Positions 52,328 through 64,000 of a stretch of DNA of 64,000 nucleotides are shown here, in pieces. How positions within the stretch are numbered: the first letter of the stretch is position 1; each line of letters starts with the position of its first letter. Origin of the DNA: Balanoglossus misakiensis (taxonomy: Eukaryota; Animalia; Hemichordata); the NCBI GenBank assembly GCA_040954595.2, contig CM082579.2, positions 15,166,550-15,230,549 on the forward strand, given 5' to 3'. Position numbers and translations under genes: made by a program. Below the pieces are notes generated by a model. The model did no database searches, was not told the DNA's origin, and saw nothing but the letters and a program-made list of their open reading frames with translations.

Positions 52328-53918
52328 CCCCCCCCCCCCCGCATGTTTAAAGGTTTCTATAGAAAAGCATTGTTGAGGTTCACAAAACTTTGAAGAAGCT
52401 TTGCAACCCTAACTTTGGCCAAAGATTTGAATGTTAAGGTTTCACAAACGTAGTTACAGCTGAGGTTCAACTAAGACTAGTATAAGAGGCTTCAGCACGC
52501 CAAGTCTTGTAGCAAGCTTCAACACAAAGCTTTTTGCAACATTGTTCAAAGCGTTGTCAAAGGTACTGCACAACCCTGGTGAAGTAGTGCTATATTTTCA
52601 ATTAAATGGCTTAAGCCATTTGTCTCTCCAACCAGAATTGCACCAGAGTTAAATACACACAGCTTGAAATTGTAAAATGTTGCAAAATCAAACGATCACA
52701 TCCTTACACCTATTATTAGAACCAGAAGTTGAGTCAAAATTTTCCTACCTAGAAATTTTCTTTCCTATGAAGTTTTTTGCTTATTGGCATTCATATGGGA
52801 GCCTAGACCTATTCCAGCTGAGTTGCCAAAATGGCAATGTTGGACAATTCTTCTAATATGCATGATCAAAAATGGCCGCCAAATACCTTCTCTAAAATAA
52901 AACTTGGCCCTTTTTTCTCAAAATTATGTGTAATATCTAAAATTTCAGGATTTGCATCCATATTGGTTATGTATTGCAAATATGGCAGTGTTTGGCAACT
53001 TTTCTATTTTGCATAATCAAAAATGGCCGCCAATCACCACTAAAAGTGAAATTTTGCCATGTTTCCCAAAATGATGCGCAATATCGTATTTTCAGGATTA
53101 GCACATTCATATGGGTACCTTTAACAATACAACTGTGTTGCAAATTTGGCAGTGTTACCGTACTAATCATGAAGCAAGGAAGTGCAACCTCTGTATCCCA
53201 AATATATGTCTATCCCCACTCACAAAGAGCCAGCCCCTCTGCATCATCCTGTTCCTCAATCTCACGATGGGAATCCTTTTCAGAATTCCGACCTCAAAAC
53301 ATCCAGGGATTCACCATCATTCACCACACCCTCGTCAGTATCCACCATGTTTAGATCCAATGCCTGAACATGTTGTCTCTTTATCTATGGATTGCGTTAA
53401 AGGCCAGTGGGAGTTTCATCTCCTTTTTTTGCAATTTTGACCATTTTTATCTGGTGCATAATGCTAGAGTACATATCATCCATACAGGATGATGCATGTA
53501 CAGTGATGGGAAATGTATCAATCCACTCCTACACTAGATTTGCATACAGTGCCATACCTTTTAGGGCTATTTTCTTGACCCTTTTGATAGTCTGCTGGCC
53601 AAAAGTGGCTGGCCAAAGTGGCCAGCAGAGACATTCTTCCAATACCCTTCATAGTGCCAACAGACAAGGCTTGGATATACAACCTGTGTTGCTTGTAAGG
53701 CACACATCTCCAATTCGCGGGTTCCGAGTTACCGAAACAGGCCACCTTGGCCGCGTGAGGGCGTATCAATGACGTCATTATAAGTACAAAGTGCATGGTC
53801 CGATGGGACCAAAATTCAAAATGGCGGCAGTGCGTGTGTGATCGATCGTGATCACTTCTGCTTGCGACTCCTTACACCTGTTTATTTAGCATTATTTTGA
53901 CAAAAACACTGCCTGAAA

Positions 53919-56138
53919 ATGGTAAATTGGTTTTGTGCGGCTCCTGACTGTACTATCAGCTTGCGCAAGAAAAGAAACGCCGCAAAATACCCAGGATTGG
54001 CAGACGTGACATTTCATGCATTCCCAACTGAGAAACATCGCCGACTTCGCCAGCAGTGGATTTCCGTGTTACGTCGGAAGGATGACTGGTCACCGAACAA
54101 TTATTCCCGTGTTTGTTCGAGGCATTTTCCGGGCAATAAAGGGCCGACCAAGGAGTTTCCAGTGCCGACACTTTTTCAGTATAACAACTGGAAACAACCC
54201 GTCACAGTTCGTTCCACTGGTGTCATTGGCAAACTCTCGCAACATCGACAAGATTCAGAGCTGCATTCAAATTCGCATGGTTTCTGTGGGGACGACGATT
54301 GTTATACACCCATCAGGGAAGTTGATATGATTGTTGACGATCTGTATGATGGTGTAGGCCTTGATATTCAGTTGGGATCTGAAGACACACCTTCCAGTAA
54401 GTTTGGGTTTATTAGTTTCACTTCACATGATATAATATATTGTCATTTTTGTAGGTCATATGAAAAGGAAAGAGAAATTGTTTGAAAATGAATTTAGGCA
54501 CTACTGTCGTACTGATTAATTTTACAGGCACATGAATGTCATGACCGCTGTGACAAAGTGCAACTGTGTGAACAACTCAGTGTCACAGTCACTTCATTTT
54601 CAATTTAAACAGAAAGCCCCATACAAATGATATGGGGTTAGATACATACACTGCAAGGATGTATAACATAGCTTGTACATGTAGTTGTAGCCATCAGGGG
54701 ATCCATGAATTAGCACGAATATAAATAATTTAACTGCAGGTTTCTCTTTGCATTTGATTTATCTTATATTATTTCTAAAAATTTATGAAAACGTTTTGAA
54801 ATTGAGTTGTAAAAATCCTGCACTTTTGTGATCTTGTTTATTAAAGTTGTGTGTTTATTATTTACAGAAATGTACTCGGCTGTAAAGTGTTGCGGTGTTA
54901 CCAAGCCACCCAGTGATCATGACTACATCTCTATGGTTGATGACACAACAGGCAAACCAAACTTGGATGGTGTTTCAAAGACCAGAGTAATGCCCATTTC
55001 AGGGGAAACACAGAAACGACATGTTGTGCATTGTGAAGAGGAGATGGATTCTTTTGTACTACCTAAACACTGTAAAATGACTGTAACCTGTGATCGTGAA
55101 ACGCAGACTGATTTGACAGGGGACCAGATCAGTAGAATGTCTGAAGCTGCAGACAGATTCAATGACAAAGATGTACTACGTCGTGAGCTGCTTCTTGAGA
55201 AAGTGTTTGAATCGGACAAATCAGTGCAGAACTATACAGGATTTCCAAACCGTAAATCACTGGATGGTTTCTTTGGTGTTTTAGATAAAGCTGAAACTCA
55301 TTTGAAATACTGGAGTAACAGCAGCAGTTCTAAGGACAAAAAGTACCAAAGACTGGGCAAGAAACCAGGGCCAGGACGAAAATTAACAAGATATCAGGAA
55401 TATATTTTAACTTTGATTCGTTTACGTTTAGGGCTAGTGGCTTTCTTTGTAGGTGATCTGTTTGGAGTTTCGAAAACACGTGTATCTCAAATATTTACAA
55501 CATGGATTTCATATATGGCAGCACTTTTTGAAAGTCTTCCTTGGCCAACTAGATCACAAATTGATAAACACATGCCCCCATCTTTTAAGCGAGATTTTCC
55601 TAAAACTAGAACTGTTATCGATTGTACTGAATTTTTTATTGAGAAGCCCAGAACACCTAAAGCCCAAATTACAACATACAGTACCTATAAATCTCACAAC
55701 ACATACAAGTGTCTTGTTGGTGTTACACCTGATGGAGGATTTAATTTTATATCCAAGCTGTGGGGAGGCAATGTTTCAGATAAATTCATAACTGCAAAAA
55801 GTGGCCTTCTAGACTTAATCGAACCTGGTGACGCTGTAATGGCTGACAGGGGTTTTAACATCCAAGAAATGCTTCTTGATCGAAGGGCTAAATTAATAAT
55901 CCCAGCATTTACTCGAAAGGGTCGTGGGGGAAAGGGAAAGCGTCTCAATGTTAAAGAAATCATTGCAGCTAGGAAAATTGCTCGATTGAGGATCCATGTG
56001 GAAAGGGCTATTGGGCGAATGAAAAAGTTTCGCATGCTTTCGCAAATTTTACCCTTGTCAATGAAAAATATCACAAATCAAATGGTCCAGGTTGCTGGTG
56101 GGATATGTAATTTTCTTCCCCCACTTTTGCGCAAATAG
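53919..56138 (+). CDS. THAP-domain DDE_Tnp_4 (Harbinger-family) transposase, join(53919..54396,54868..56138), about 582 aa
   Basis: THAP MVNWFCAAPDC..FHAFP..W..VCSRHF..VPT. HTH region LTLIRLRLG..DLFGVSKTRVSQIF. Catalytic VIDCTE, MADRGF, RIHVERAIG. The GT-AG intron keeps frame. Confidence 0.92.
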
Positions 56139-56142
56139 GTAA

Positions 56143-57147
56143 ACTCGTCACTCTACTTGTTTTACAAGAAAAGTGACTCTCACTTTTTGTTTCACTTATG
56201 AAATTAAAGAGGTTGTGACTGTAGAGAGATCAAATACAAAATATGTTGTAAGGGAATCAAGAAATGTTTGCATTAACCAACTAACCTACTAACCCAAACC
56301 AAGTTTCCCAATTCACTAACCAACTGACCAACTAACATACAATATTCCCTTACAACATATTTTGTGTTTCACACTTCTCTGCAGTCACACCCTCTTTAAC
56401 GTCATAAGTGAAACAAAAAGTGAGAGTCATGGTACTTCTTAAACTAGTAGAGTGACGAGTGAAACTCTTGTGAAAGCACTAAGATTTGAATCAAAAAGAC
56501 ACCACATGTACAGTAACAGTTTAATTTTATTGGCTGAATAAAATTCATGACATGTCTAAAAATGTAACTTTAATATTCTTTGCTTTTTTTATGTCTGGAG
56601 TAAACGTCAGCGAGTGTGAACGCGTATGTGTAGGGAACATGTAGCGACGCTACCCGAAACTCGCCTCACTACCAGAAACACGCTCAAGGCAAGCATGCAC
56701 ACAAAAAGTATTGAGATTATTTATAAAGATTAAAAAATCACTGCAAAGACACAAAGTATTGATATTCCAAAAATCACCAAGCGACTAGTGGGCTAGTCTA
56801 GGGTTTAAGTATAGTTAGAATGATTCACTTTTATTTTAGAAGTACCATGACTCTCACTTTTTGTTTCACTTATGACGTTAAAGAGGGTGTGACTGCAGAG
56901 AAGTGTGAAATACAAAATATGTTGTAAGGGAATATTGTATGTTAGTTGGTCAGTTGGTTAGTGAATTGGGGAACTTGGTTTGGGTTAGTAGGTTAGTTGG
57001 TTAATGCAAACATTCCTTGATTCCCTTACAACATATTTTGTATTTGATCTCTCTACAGTCACAACCTCTTTAATTTCATAAGTGAAACAAAAAGTGAGAG
57101 TCACTTTTCTTGTAAAATAAAAGTAAACAATTCTAAGCTATACCCTG
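56143..57147. repeat. Two self-complementary ~320-350-bp hairpins that are also inverted copies of each other
   Basis: 56143-56257 pairs with 56345-56460; 56800-56933 pairs with 57021-57147. 56160-56439 is the near-exact reverse complement of 56838-57115. Confidence 0.9.
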
Positions 57148-57175
57148 GTTATCCTTTTCACTATCAACAACAGTC

Positions 57176-59283
57176 CTATTTACAACTGACAACAATGTTA
57201 GGTACAATAAAATCCTCATAAAATGTAGAAAGTTTAGCTTCAGTTGTTTTCCAAAAAAATTCATCAAAATATATCCTCTCTATTGAAATGGCTTTTCTCG
57301 TGAATAGCACAAAATCACACCATTGCAGTTTACAAGTAGCAAGTTGCATTTGTATTTGGGTATACCATTTTGATGTCCTCCTCAAACACACTTTGCCATC
57401 TACATCCGAATATACATGGTATTTGGGATCTATGCTTGATATATCACGTGGGAATATATTGCGGTGTTTGCTGGAACATTTGATTTCACAAAGGCCTGTC
57501 CCACAACATTCACATGACACCCTCCCATCAGGACTTGAACTAAGATATGGCTTGTCAGAACTGATGACTAAGCCAACATCTTCAAATTTCACTTTCTGGT
57601 GCAACTTTTTGTATTGCTCATGATATAAATGCTTAGCAACAGGTTCATGTTTAATACCAAAATCAATATGGGTTGAAGGTATTGTCCTGTGACTGCCAGA
57701 CATGATTTTTTGGACTATGTAGTTATTCAAGTCCCGAGTTTCTCTCATGTGAAGGATATCATGTGCAATGCTGGCAGTAACTCTCCCTTGTCTATACAAA
57801 TACCAATCCTCACAATCTCTTTGATCAGCTGTCAATGATGAGATAAAATCAACATCAGCTTCTGTTACACATTCTCTAATATAGCTAGTAAAATCACCAT
57901 CATTGCCAGCTTTAAATGAGCTGCCCATTTGGAGAATTGTTTTGGGTTTTTGTGCCTCAGCGGATGGAAGTGGATCAAGCATCCTCTTCCAACATGAATC
58001 ATCACCGGCTATTTCAAACATTGCTTTTGCTAACTTAGTGTCAAAGAGTTTTTTTTCATCATTGTCTCGAATGGCACCTGGATAATAGTTGGACATGGTT
58101 GGTCTTGGTGTGTCAGGTTCAGACTTATCCTTCCTAATGTCAAGCTCATCTATTTCCATAGGAGTGGACTCTTTGCGGGGTTTATCCCACTTACAGGGAA
58201 CATCAGTACCAACTTGAGTATTTCTGTCTTTGTGGCGTCTATCGAAGTCGTTGATGCTAAACAGCAATGCAACGCAATGTTTGCATGTTCCATGCTCACT
58301 GTAAAAAAATCAGATACATGGTAAATGTTAACTCATGATTGCAGCTTTTTTGTTTATTCATTTCTGTGACTGTCAAATGAAAAATGAGGTATTCAAACCT
58401 AAAACGTCAATGCATCAAATGGAAAATGAAATCATAGAAACTATTTTCAAATATTATCTAATTTTGCAAATCCTGATTTACAGTCCTCAACAGCACTTTT
58501 AATTGGTGAACAGATACTGTTGAAAAAACATAGACAATTCTGTCAGACTCTATTGACAGTTTTCTCATCCAAACACACAGATACAGCACACCGAACTAAA
58601 AAACAAATGTCAAAATACATGTACCGGGTATAACCATGGTTATTTCAACCCACCATTTCTATGTGCCTAGTCAGACTGGTAGATCTAAAAGGCACGGTGG
58701 GTTAAAATGATAAAATTTATATTTTAAAAAATACTTACGCAACACAATTACAGCCTCCAGAGATGATTTGGGAATTTGTCTTCATTAGAAACCAGGTACG
58801 ATAAGGTTTTTCACGTTGTGAAGTTTCGCGGACACAGTCCGCCATAACGTATATGTATTGGGTATTTGAAACCTGGTGGAGTTTCATATCGACGATGTGT
58901 CCATCACGAAATAGCAGAAACCCATTATCATTTCGATATTCAGCAAGCCTTTCCCGTGTCCAATCACATTTGTCCAAAAGATATACCAAAATATCGGCAA
59001 TTTCTATTGCGGGAAGGGAATGGAGGTCGCTGACCCACTCGGCGATCGTCGCCGGATCAGGCAAAGTGAAAGAGTTTTTGGCGGGGTCGCGATCGTCTGT
59101 TACCGTCCGCCTATTTGTACTCGAAATTTCCTGGTCACCAGGCTCTAGTGGCCGAACGTCCAGTTCTATCGCTAACTCTACTAGCTGAATCAGTCTTTCT
59201 TTCCTGGTATTACTGCAAGTAATACCGCGTTCCGATAAAAACTTTCTGAGGTCAGGAACTCGCTTGCGACGGATGTTTTCCAT
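57176..59283 (-). CDS. SAP-like / SWIM zinc finger / YqaJ (lambda-exonuclease-like) protein, complement(join(57176..58298,58739..59283)), about 555 aa
   Basis: N-terminus RVPDLRKFLSERGI..RKERLIQL (SAP-like). Spliced CNCVAEHGTCKHCVALL (SWIM CxC..CxH). YqaJ motifs W..RQGRVTAS, FGIKHEP, SSPDG, EIKC, YTQIQMQL. Confidence 0.9.
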
Positions 59284-59448
59284 GACGTAACGTAAACAAA
59301 ACCCCATTCAGGACCGGAAGTGCGGTGGTCCCAACTCGCACGCCCTCAGGCGACAAGAGTCTATGAACTTTCTACTTTATTGAGAACTCGGAACCCGCGA
59401 ATTGGTACATTGGGCCAATTATACTGTACATGTGTACAGCTAGTAGTC

Positions 59449-60512
59449 AGGTGGAAATTTCAGAAAATGAGCATTTTAAAAGCATGTCAGGCATTTTTTG
59501 GTACAAGCTGGGAACAAGTTGTTTTTGGATATTTCGAATACGCTGATTTCGAATTTGCCTGTTCCCAAAAATTCTTTTCACGTTTTCATGTCGAAAATGG
59601 CAAATTAATTTGTGACGTCATAATTTCAAAATACCTAAAAGAAAACGCTGTTTGTAGCCATTATGGTGCAATATCACAGGTCAACACCATAATAGTCTAT
59701 TGAAATCATATTCGTATATTCATTTAAATATTTTTAAACAATTTTTTTAATTTAGAAACATTTTGTGAATTGGTAAAATGCTAATTTATGTTAATTAGGT
59801 CCAGGTGGAAATTTCAGAAAATGAGCATTTTAAAAGCATGTCATTCATTTTTTTTTGTACAAGCTGGGAACAAGTTGTTTTTGGATATTTCGAATACGCT
59901 GATTTCGAATTTGCCTGTTCCCAAACATTCTTTTCACGTTTTCATGTCGAAAATGGCAAATTAATTTGTGACGTCATAATTTCAAAATACCTAAAAGAAA
60001 ACGCTGTTTGTAGCCATTATGGTGCAATATCACAGGTCAACACCATAATAGTCTATTGAAATCATATTCTTATATTCATTTAAATATTTTTAAACAATTT
60101 TTTTAATTTAGAAACATTTTGTGAATTGGTAAAATGCTAATTTATGTTAATTAGGTCCAGGTGGAAATTTCAGAAAATGAGCATTTTAAAAGCATGTCAT
60201 TCATTTTTTTTTGTACAAGCTGGGAACAAGTTGTTTTTGGATATTTCGAATACGCTGATTTCGAATTTGCCTGTTCCCAAACATTCTTTTCACGTTTTCA
60301 TGTCGAAAATGGCAAATTAATTTGTGACGTCATAATTTCAAAATACCTAAAAGAAAACGCTGTTTGTAGCCATTATGGTGCAATATCACAGGTCAACACC
60401 ATAATAGTCTATTGAAATCATATTCGTATATTCATTTAAATATTTTTAAACAATTTTTTTAATTTAGAAACATTTTGTGAATTGGTAAAATGCTAATTTA
60501 TGTTAATTAGGT
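59449..60512. repeat. Tandem array, ~356-bp unit, 3 copies
   Basis: CAGGTGGAAATTTCAGAAAATGAGC at about 59449, 59802 and 60158. An inverted fragment lies at about 63955-63992. Confidence 0.95.
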
Positions 60513-61325
60513 GACACGCCCATCTAAAATCAATGGTCTACAAAAGAGAGCCAACAGTGTTAAGTGAGGTGTCTATTGCAATGTTTTCAGGGTCACGGAA
60601 TTCAAATATGCAATCGATTACCTTGTCAGACAAGGTGCAGCATGGAAAATATGCAAAATTAGCTTAATTACTCACGATGTCATGCTAAAATTGACAATTG
60701 AAAGCTAATGATACGACTATGGCCTGTGAGGTGTCTATTCACATGTTTTTTGGCAAATGTTTGCATTTTAATGAATAACTGAAATGAAACTTTTCATATT
60801 TGTATGTAATAGCATGTAAAAAACAACAAAAAACAAACAAAGAAACATACACAACGAGGATTTAGTTTAGACTGTACATGCTCGTTGGTAACATCGTGAC
60901 CGATCGCTCCATTAAAAAAACACCAGAACATTGAACGTATGAACGTTTAGGTCCACAATTCACAAGTTATTGAACTATGAATGTATGTTCAATGTTGTGA
61001 AAAGCCAAAAACATACTTTTTGCCAACAAAACTGGCATTTGTTAACGTACAAGTTGTTCATTAATAGCGAAAGCATCGTATGGCCACACTCACATTATGC
61101 CAGCACCGTATATTCATGCTTAGTTATAAGACGTTGAATGCACACTGATGGCCCGACGTCCTCGGTGTTTTATTGAAACCCGGTCTCTAACAACAATTTC
61201 TCTTCATAAGTAAAGAGTAATGTGTATTTTTATTACGGTTTTATATATGATACTGTGTGCAAAGTGAAGATTGTGTCAGTGAGGCAACATATATACATGT
61301 ATGTTTAATCCACTTGGGTGTCGTA

Positions 61326-63475
61326 CTTGGCTCAGATGTGCGTTAATGTGTACTAAACAAATTCAGATAGCGAGCCACAATATCTGTTGATGAGTTTCCA
61401 TGGCAATCATTTTTTTCATTTTTTCGAAATGGCCGCCAATACAGATAATCTCACCCGCAAAATAACAATTATAAAACACCACAATAAATTCATATTACAA
61501 TATTTGAAACAAGAAACTGCTCAAATTTTCAAAATATATATCATCACTAAACTAGTTATAGGGGTAAATACAGGATCGAGATTCAGTCGCTAAAGAAATT
61601 CAAGTTTGGTAATAACCCCGGTTACAACAAACTTATTTAAAACACTGTATAACCATATATATATTATAATAGTGGCCTGGCATAAACACAATTTTCGTAA
61701 CATTTGGGCATTTTGTGATAAAAGTTTAACAAGTAAAGCTCAGTTGATTCGTTATTTTCCCCATAAAAATATCTTTGATGAACAAAATTCCAAATTTAGT
61801 CAACCCAGGAAAAAACGGCATCTTGTTTCTCAACCTTATAAATTGATCTGACCAGTTTGAATCAGTGCAGAATCCAGCTTTTCTATTTTATCTTCATCAA
61901 ATGATTCATGCAGATAAAGAATCACTTCCCCATAAAATGATGGCAGAAATCCAGTATCATGACAGTCGATTGGTTTGTTAAAGTTACTATAGAAACTAAC
62001 TATGTCTAGGGTGCATGTACATAGATAGATGTTAGGAATCAAAATCAAAATCTGTTTCAAACTTTTCATCCAATACTTGTCCTTCGGAAAGCGTTTTGAT
62101 GAAGTCGCTTGAAGTGCTTTGTATTGCTCATGTTATCGATAATTTTAATCACACCTTGATGATAGTCAGCAGTTCTATTTTGACATGTTATTTTGTGTAT
62201 TTGTGAACCCCCAAAAGAATAAAATGATAAAGTGAAAATAAGCTTCAAAACACCAAAAGTCTTCAGGATCACAGCTTTTCTGTAAAGAGTAAGATTTCGC
62301 TTACTTCATGCTATTAAATGAAATGAAGTTTTCCGTAATATCTCTTGCAAAGTCAGATCTTTACACATTGAGATATTAGAATGGAAGTACATTCCAAGTG
62401 ACTTGTTGGGAGCCTTGGGGCACCTAATCCCAGAAAATTGCAATAAGACCTGTTTTTCCATTTACCAATCTAAAGGCCAACTGCTTGTATATTTAGTTGG
62501 GTTTCTATAATTAACACACATTTTTGACAATATTTATGGCATGATGGACACTATTCTCGACAAATAAAATAATGTTGTGTCCTCCGGTGTAATTTTTATG
62601 AGTTTGGAATCATAGACACCATTTATCTTTTGGTCAACTCTGTTAACAGTCGCCAAAATTGCTGGAGTGGAACTGATACATGATCTAAAGTATCAAGACA
62701 TATGGTCGATTATTAACGTTTCAGCAATTTGACTTAAGTTTCTTTAATTTCCTATGGCATTTTGACAAACATTAACGTCCCGAAAAAACGTTGTCAACGC
62801 TGCGGTGGCGATTGTGGTCGAAACAAAGCCGCTTGGTTCGTTACCCGGGGTCCATTTAGATTGCATTGCGTTTGAGGCCCTATGTGTATGTCTGACGACC
62901 AATAAACGTGACGACCGCGGACTAAGTTTGGATCAACGTCTATTTCGGGCAGTGGACTCTCCTATCAAGTTGATAAGGAAATTTTACCAGTCACGAGTAA
63001 GCCAAGCCCACATCCGTGTGCAATTCGAATATATCGGTGATCTGTTTATATGATTATCATTAGCTAAGGTGGTAAACTGTTGTGATTCATATGTGTAATT
63101 TACGTACTGCAAGTTAAATATCGCAATTAGCCTAATGTTTGACCATAGACAGTATGGTTTGACTTCTAGAGGAGCACCTATTAATCCGAAAGGGATTAAA
63201 AGTTGTGCCTTTAAATTGTGTTTTGATAACTTACTTACCCCTCTAAGTAGTTTAGTAACCATAATATCTTTGCAAATCATTCTTTCCACAGTTCCTTGTA
63301 TCAAATATAGTAATCTAAATTTATTTTGGTGTTTGCAGATGTTATTTGGTGGGTGAAATTATCTGTATTGGTGGCCATTTTGAAAAATTGGTTGCCATGG
63401 AAACTCATCAACAGATATTTAGTGGCTCCCTATCTGAATTTATTTAGTACACATTAACACACATCTGAGCCAAGT
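61326..63475. repeat. ~130-bp inverted repeats bracketing about 1.9 kb
   Basis: 61326-61457 (CTTGGCTCAGATGTG..CAGATAATCTCACCC) is the reverse complement of 63351-63475. Confidence 0.8.
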
Positions 63476-64000
63476 TTGGTGCTTTTATCACAAAATGCAC
63501 AATCGCTATGAAAATTAGGGTTTGGCCGCTCCACTACGGGGCTTTAGACGGCCATATTGAATTGCCACATCGAGGCTCTTGTCTCAAAATGAACTTCACA
63601 CTTGAAGTATTGTTTTGAACAAGGTTTAAGTCCTTTATTAAAATAAAGAAAAGGTAATTTTTTCCAATGCTTGTGAGTTTTCAGTACATGTACTGTTACA
63701 CCTAGCTTTATTATTATTAGGTAGCCAAAAATCAACGAATTATTCATACAATATGCAAATTTTTGCATAATTATTGTTTTATTGTTGCTATTTTGTGTTT
63801 ATACAACCAAAAAAAGTTGTTGATGTAAACATGTAGTTTAGTTTCATTGTTTAAGGAGGTACGTGAACATTTCTTTGATGCTATTCATGTGAGAATTGCG
63901 ATCCTTGGCGGCCATTTTGATTTGCCAAAACGAGGCTCTTATCTCAAAAAGATCTTTTGGGAACAGGCATTTTCGAAATCAGCGTAGTCGAATTGACCAA

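Larger units (their letters stand above)
53715..59400. mobile_element. Apparently autonomous ISL2EU/PHIS (PIF-Harbinger-related) DNA transposon
   Basis: Perfect 16-bp TIR TCGCGGGTTCCGAGTT (53715-53730 / 59385-59400), AT on both sides (or AATT with a 15-bp TIR). Two convergent intact genes: THAP-DDE and YqaJ. Paralogous empty site at 3207-3272. Confidence 0.88.

Noticed and set aside
53170-53690. Possible LINE RT remnant (KIAKKGD-like) on the minus strand
   Set aside because: Too degenerate to support without a search.
53699-59416. Longer GGC..GCC termini for the DNA transposon
   Set aside because: The empty site at 3207-3272 shows these bases belong to the quasi-palindromic target, not to the element.
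59320-60415. Three near-identical ORFs
   Set aside because: Products of the 356-bp tandem repeat with no protein features.

Overview
Repeat-rich eukaryotic (marine invertebrate-like) genomic DNA. The left third holds tandem arrays (160-bp and 86-bp units), small MITE/foldback elements and the 3' part of a minus-strand gene. That gene has 15 exons I could phase, 20492 to 11460, encoding a type-I membrane protein: pentraxin/LamG, HYR, sushi, a furin-site linker, 4 GCC2/GCC3 Cys-rich repeats, 2 EGF, TM and an NPxY tail. One splice acceptor reads AT instead of AG, and no 5' exons are visible. The middle (about 22.7-46 kb) is a chain of large inverted duplications carrying scrambled, chimeric copies of a spliced tandem OB-fold gene, two tRNA-Gln-like cloverleafs and a 309-bp tandem array. 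That array was hit by a 5'-truncated L2/CR1-type LINE, which was in turn hit by a full-length Gypsy LTR element with CG..CG ends and a 3-bp TSD (Troyka-like). A second Gypsy (TG..CA, two lesions) lies at 47441-52327. An apparently intact ISL2EU/PHIS-type DNA transposon lies at 53715-59400. It carries a THAP-DDE transposase facing a SAP-like/SWIM/YqaJ nuclease gene, with twin ~300-bp hairpins between them, and a paralogous empty target site exists at 3207-3272. All calls come from reading the sequence by eye; no searches were run.
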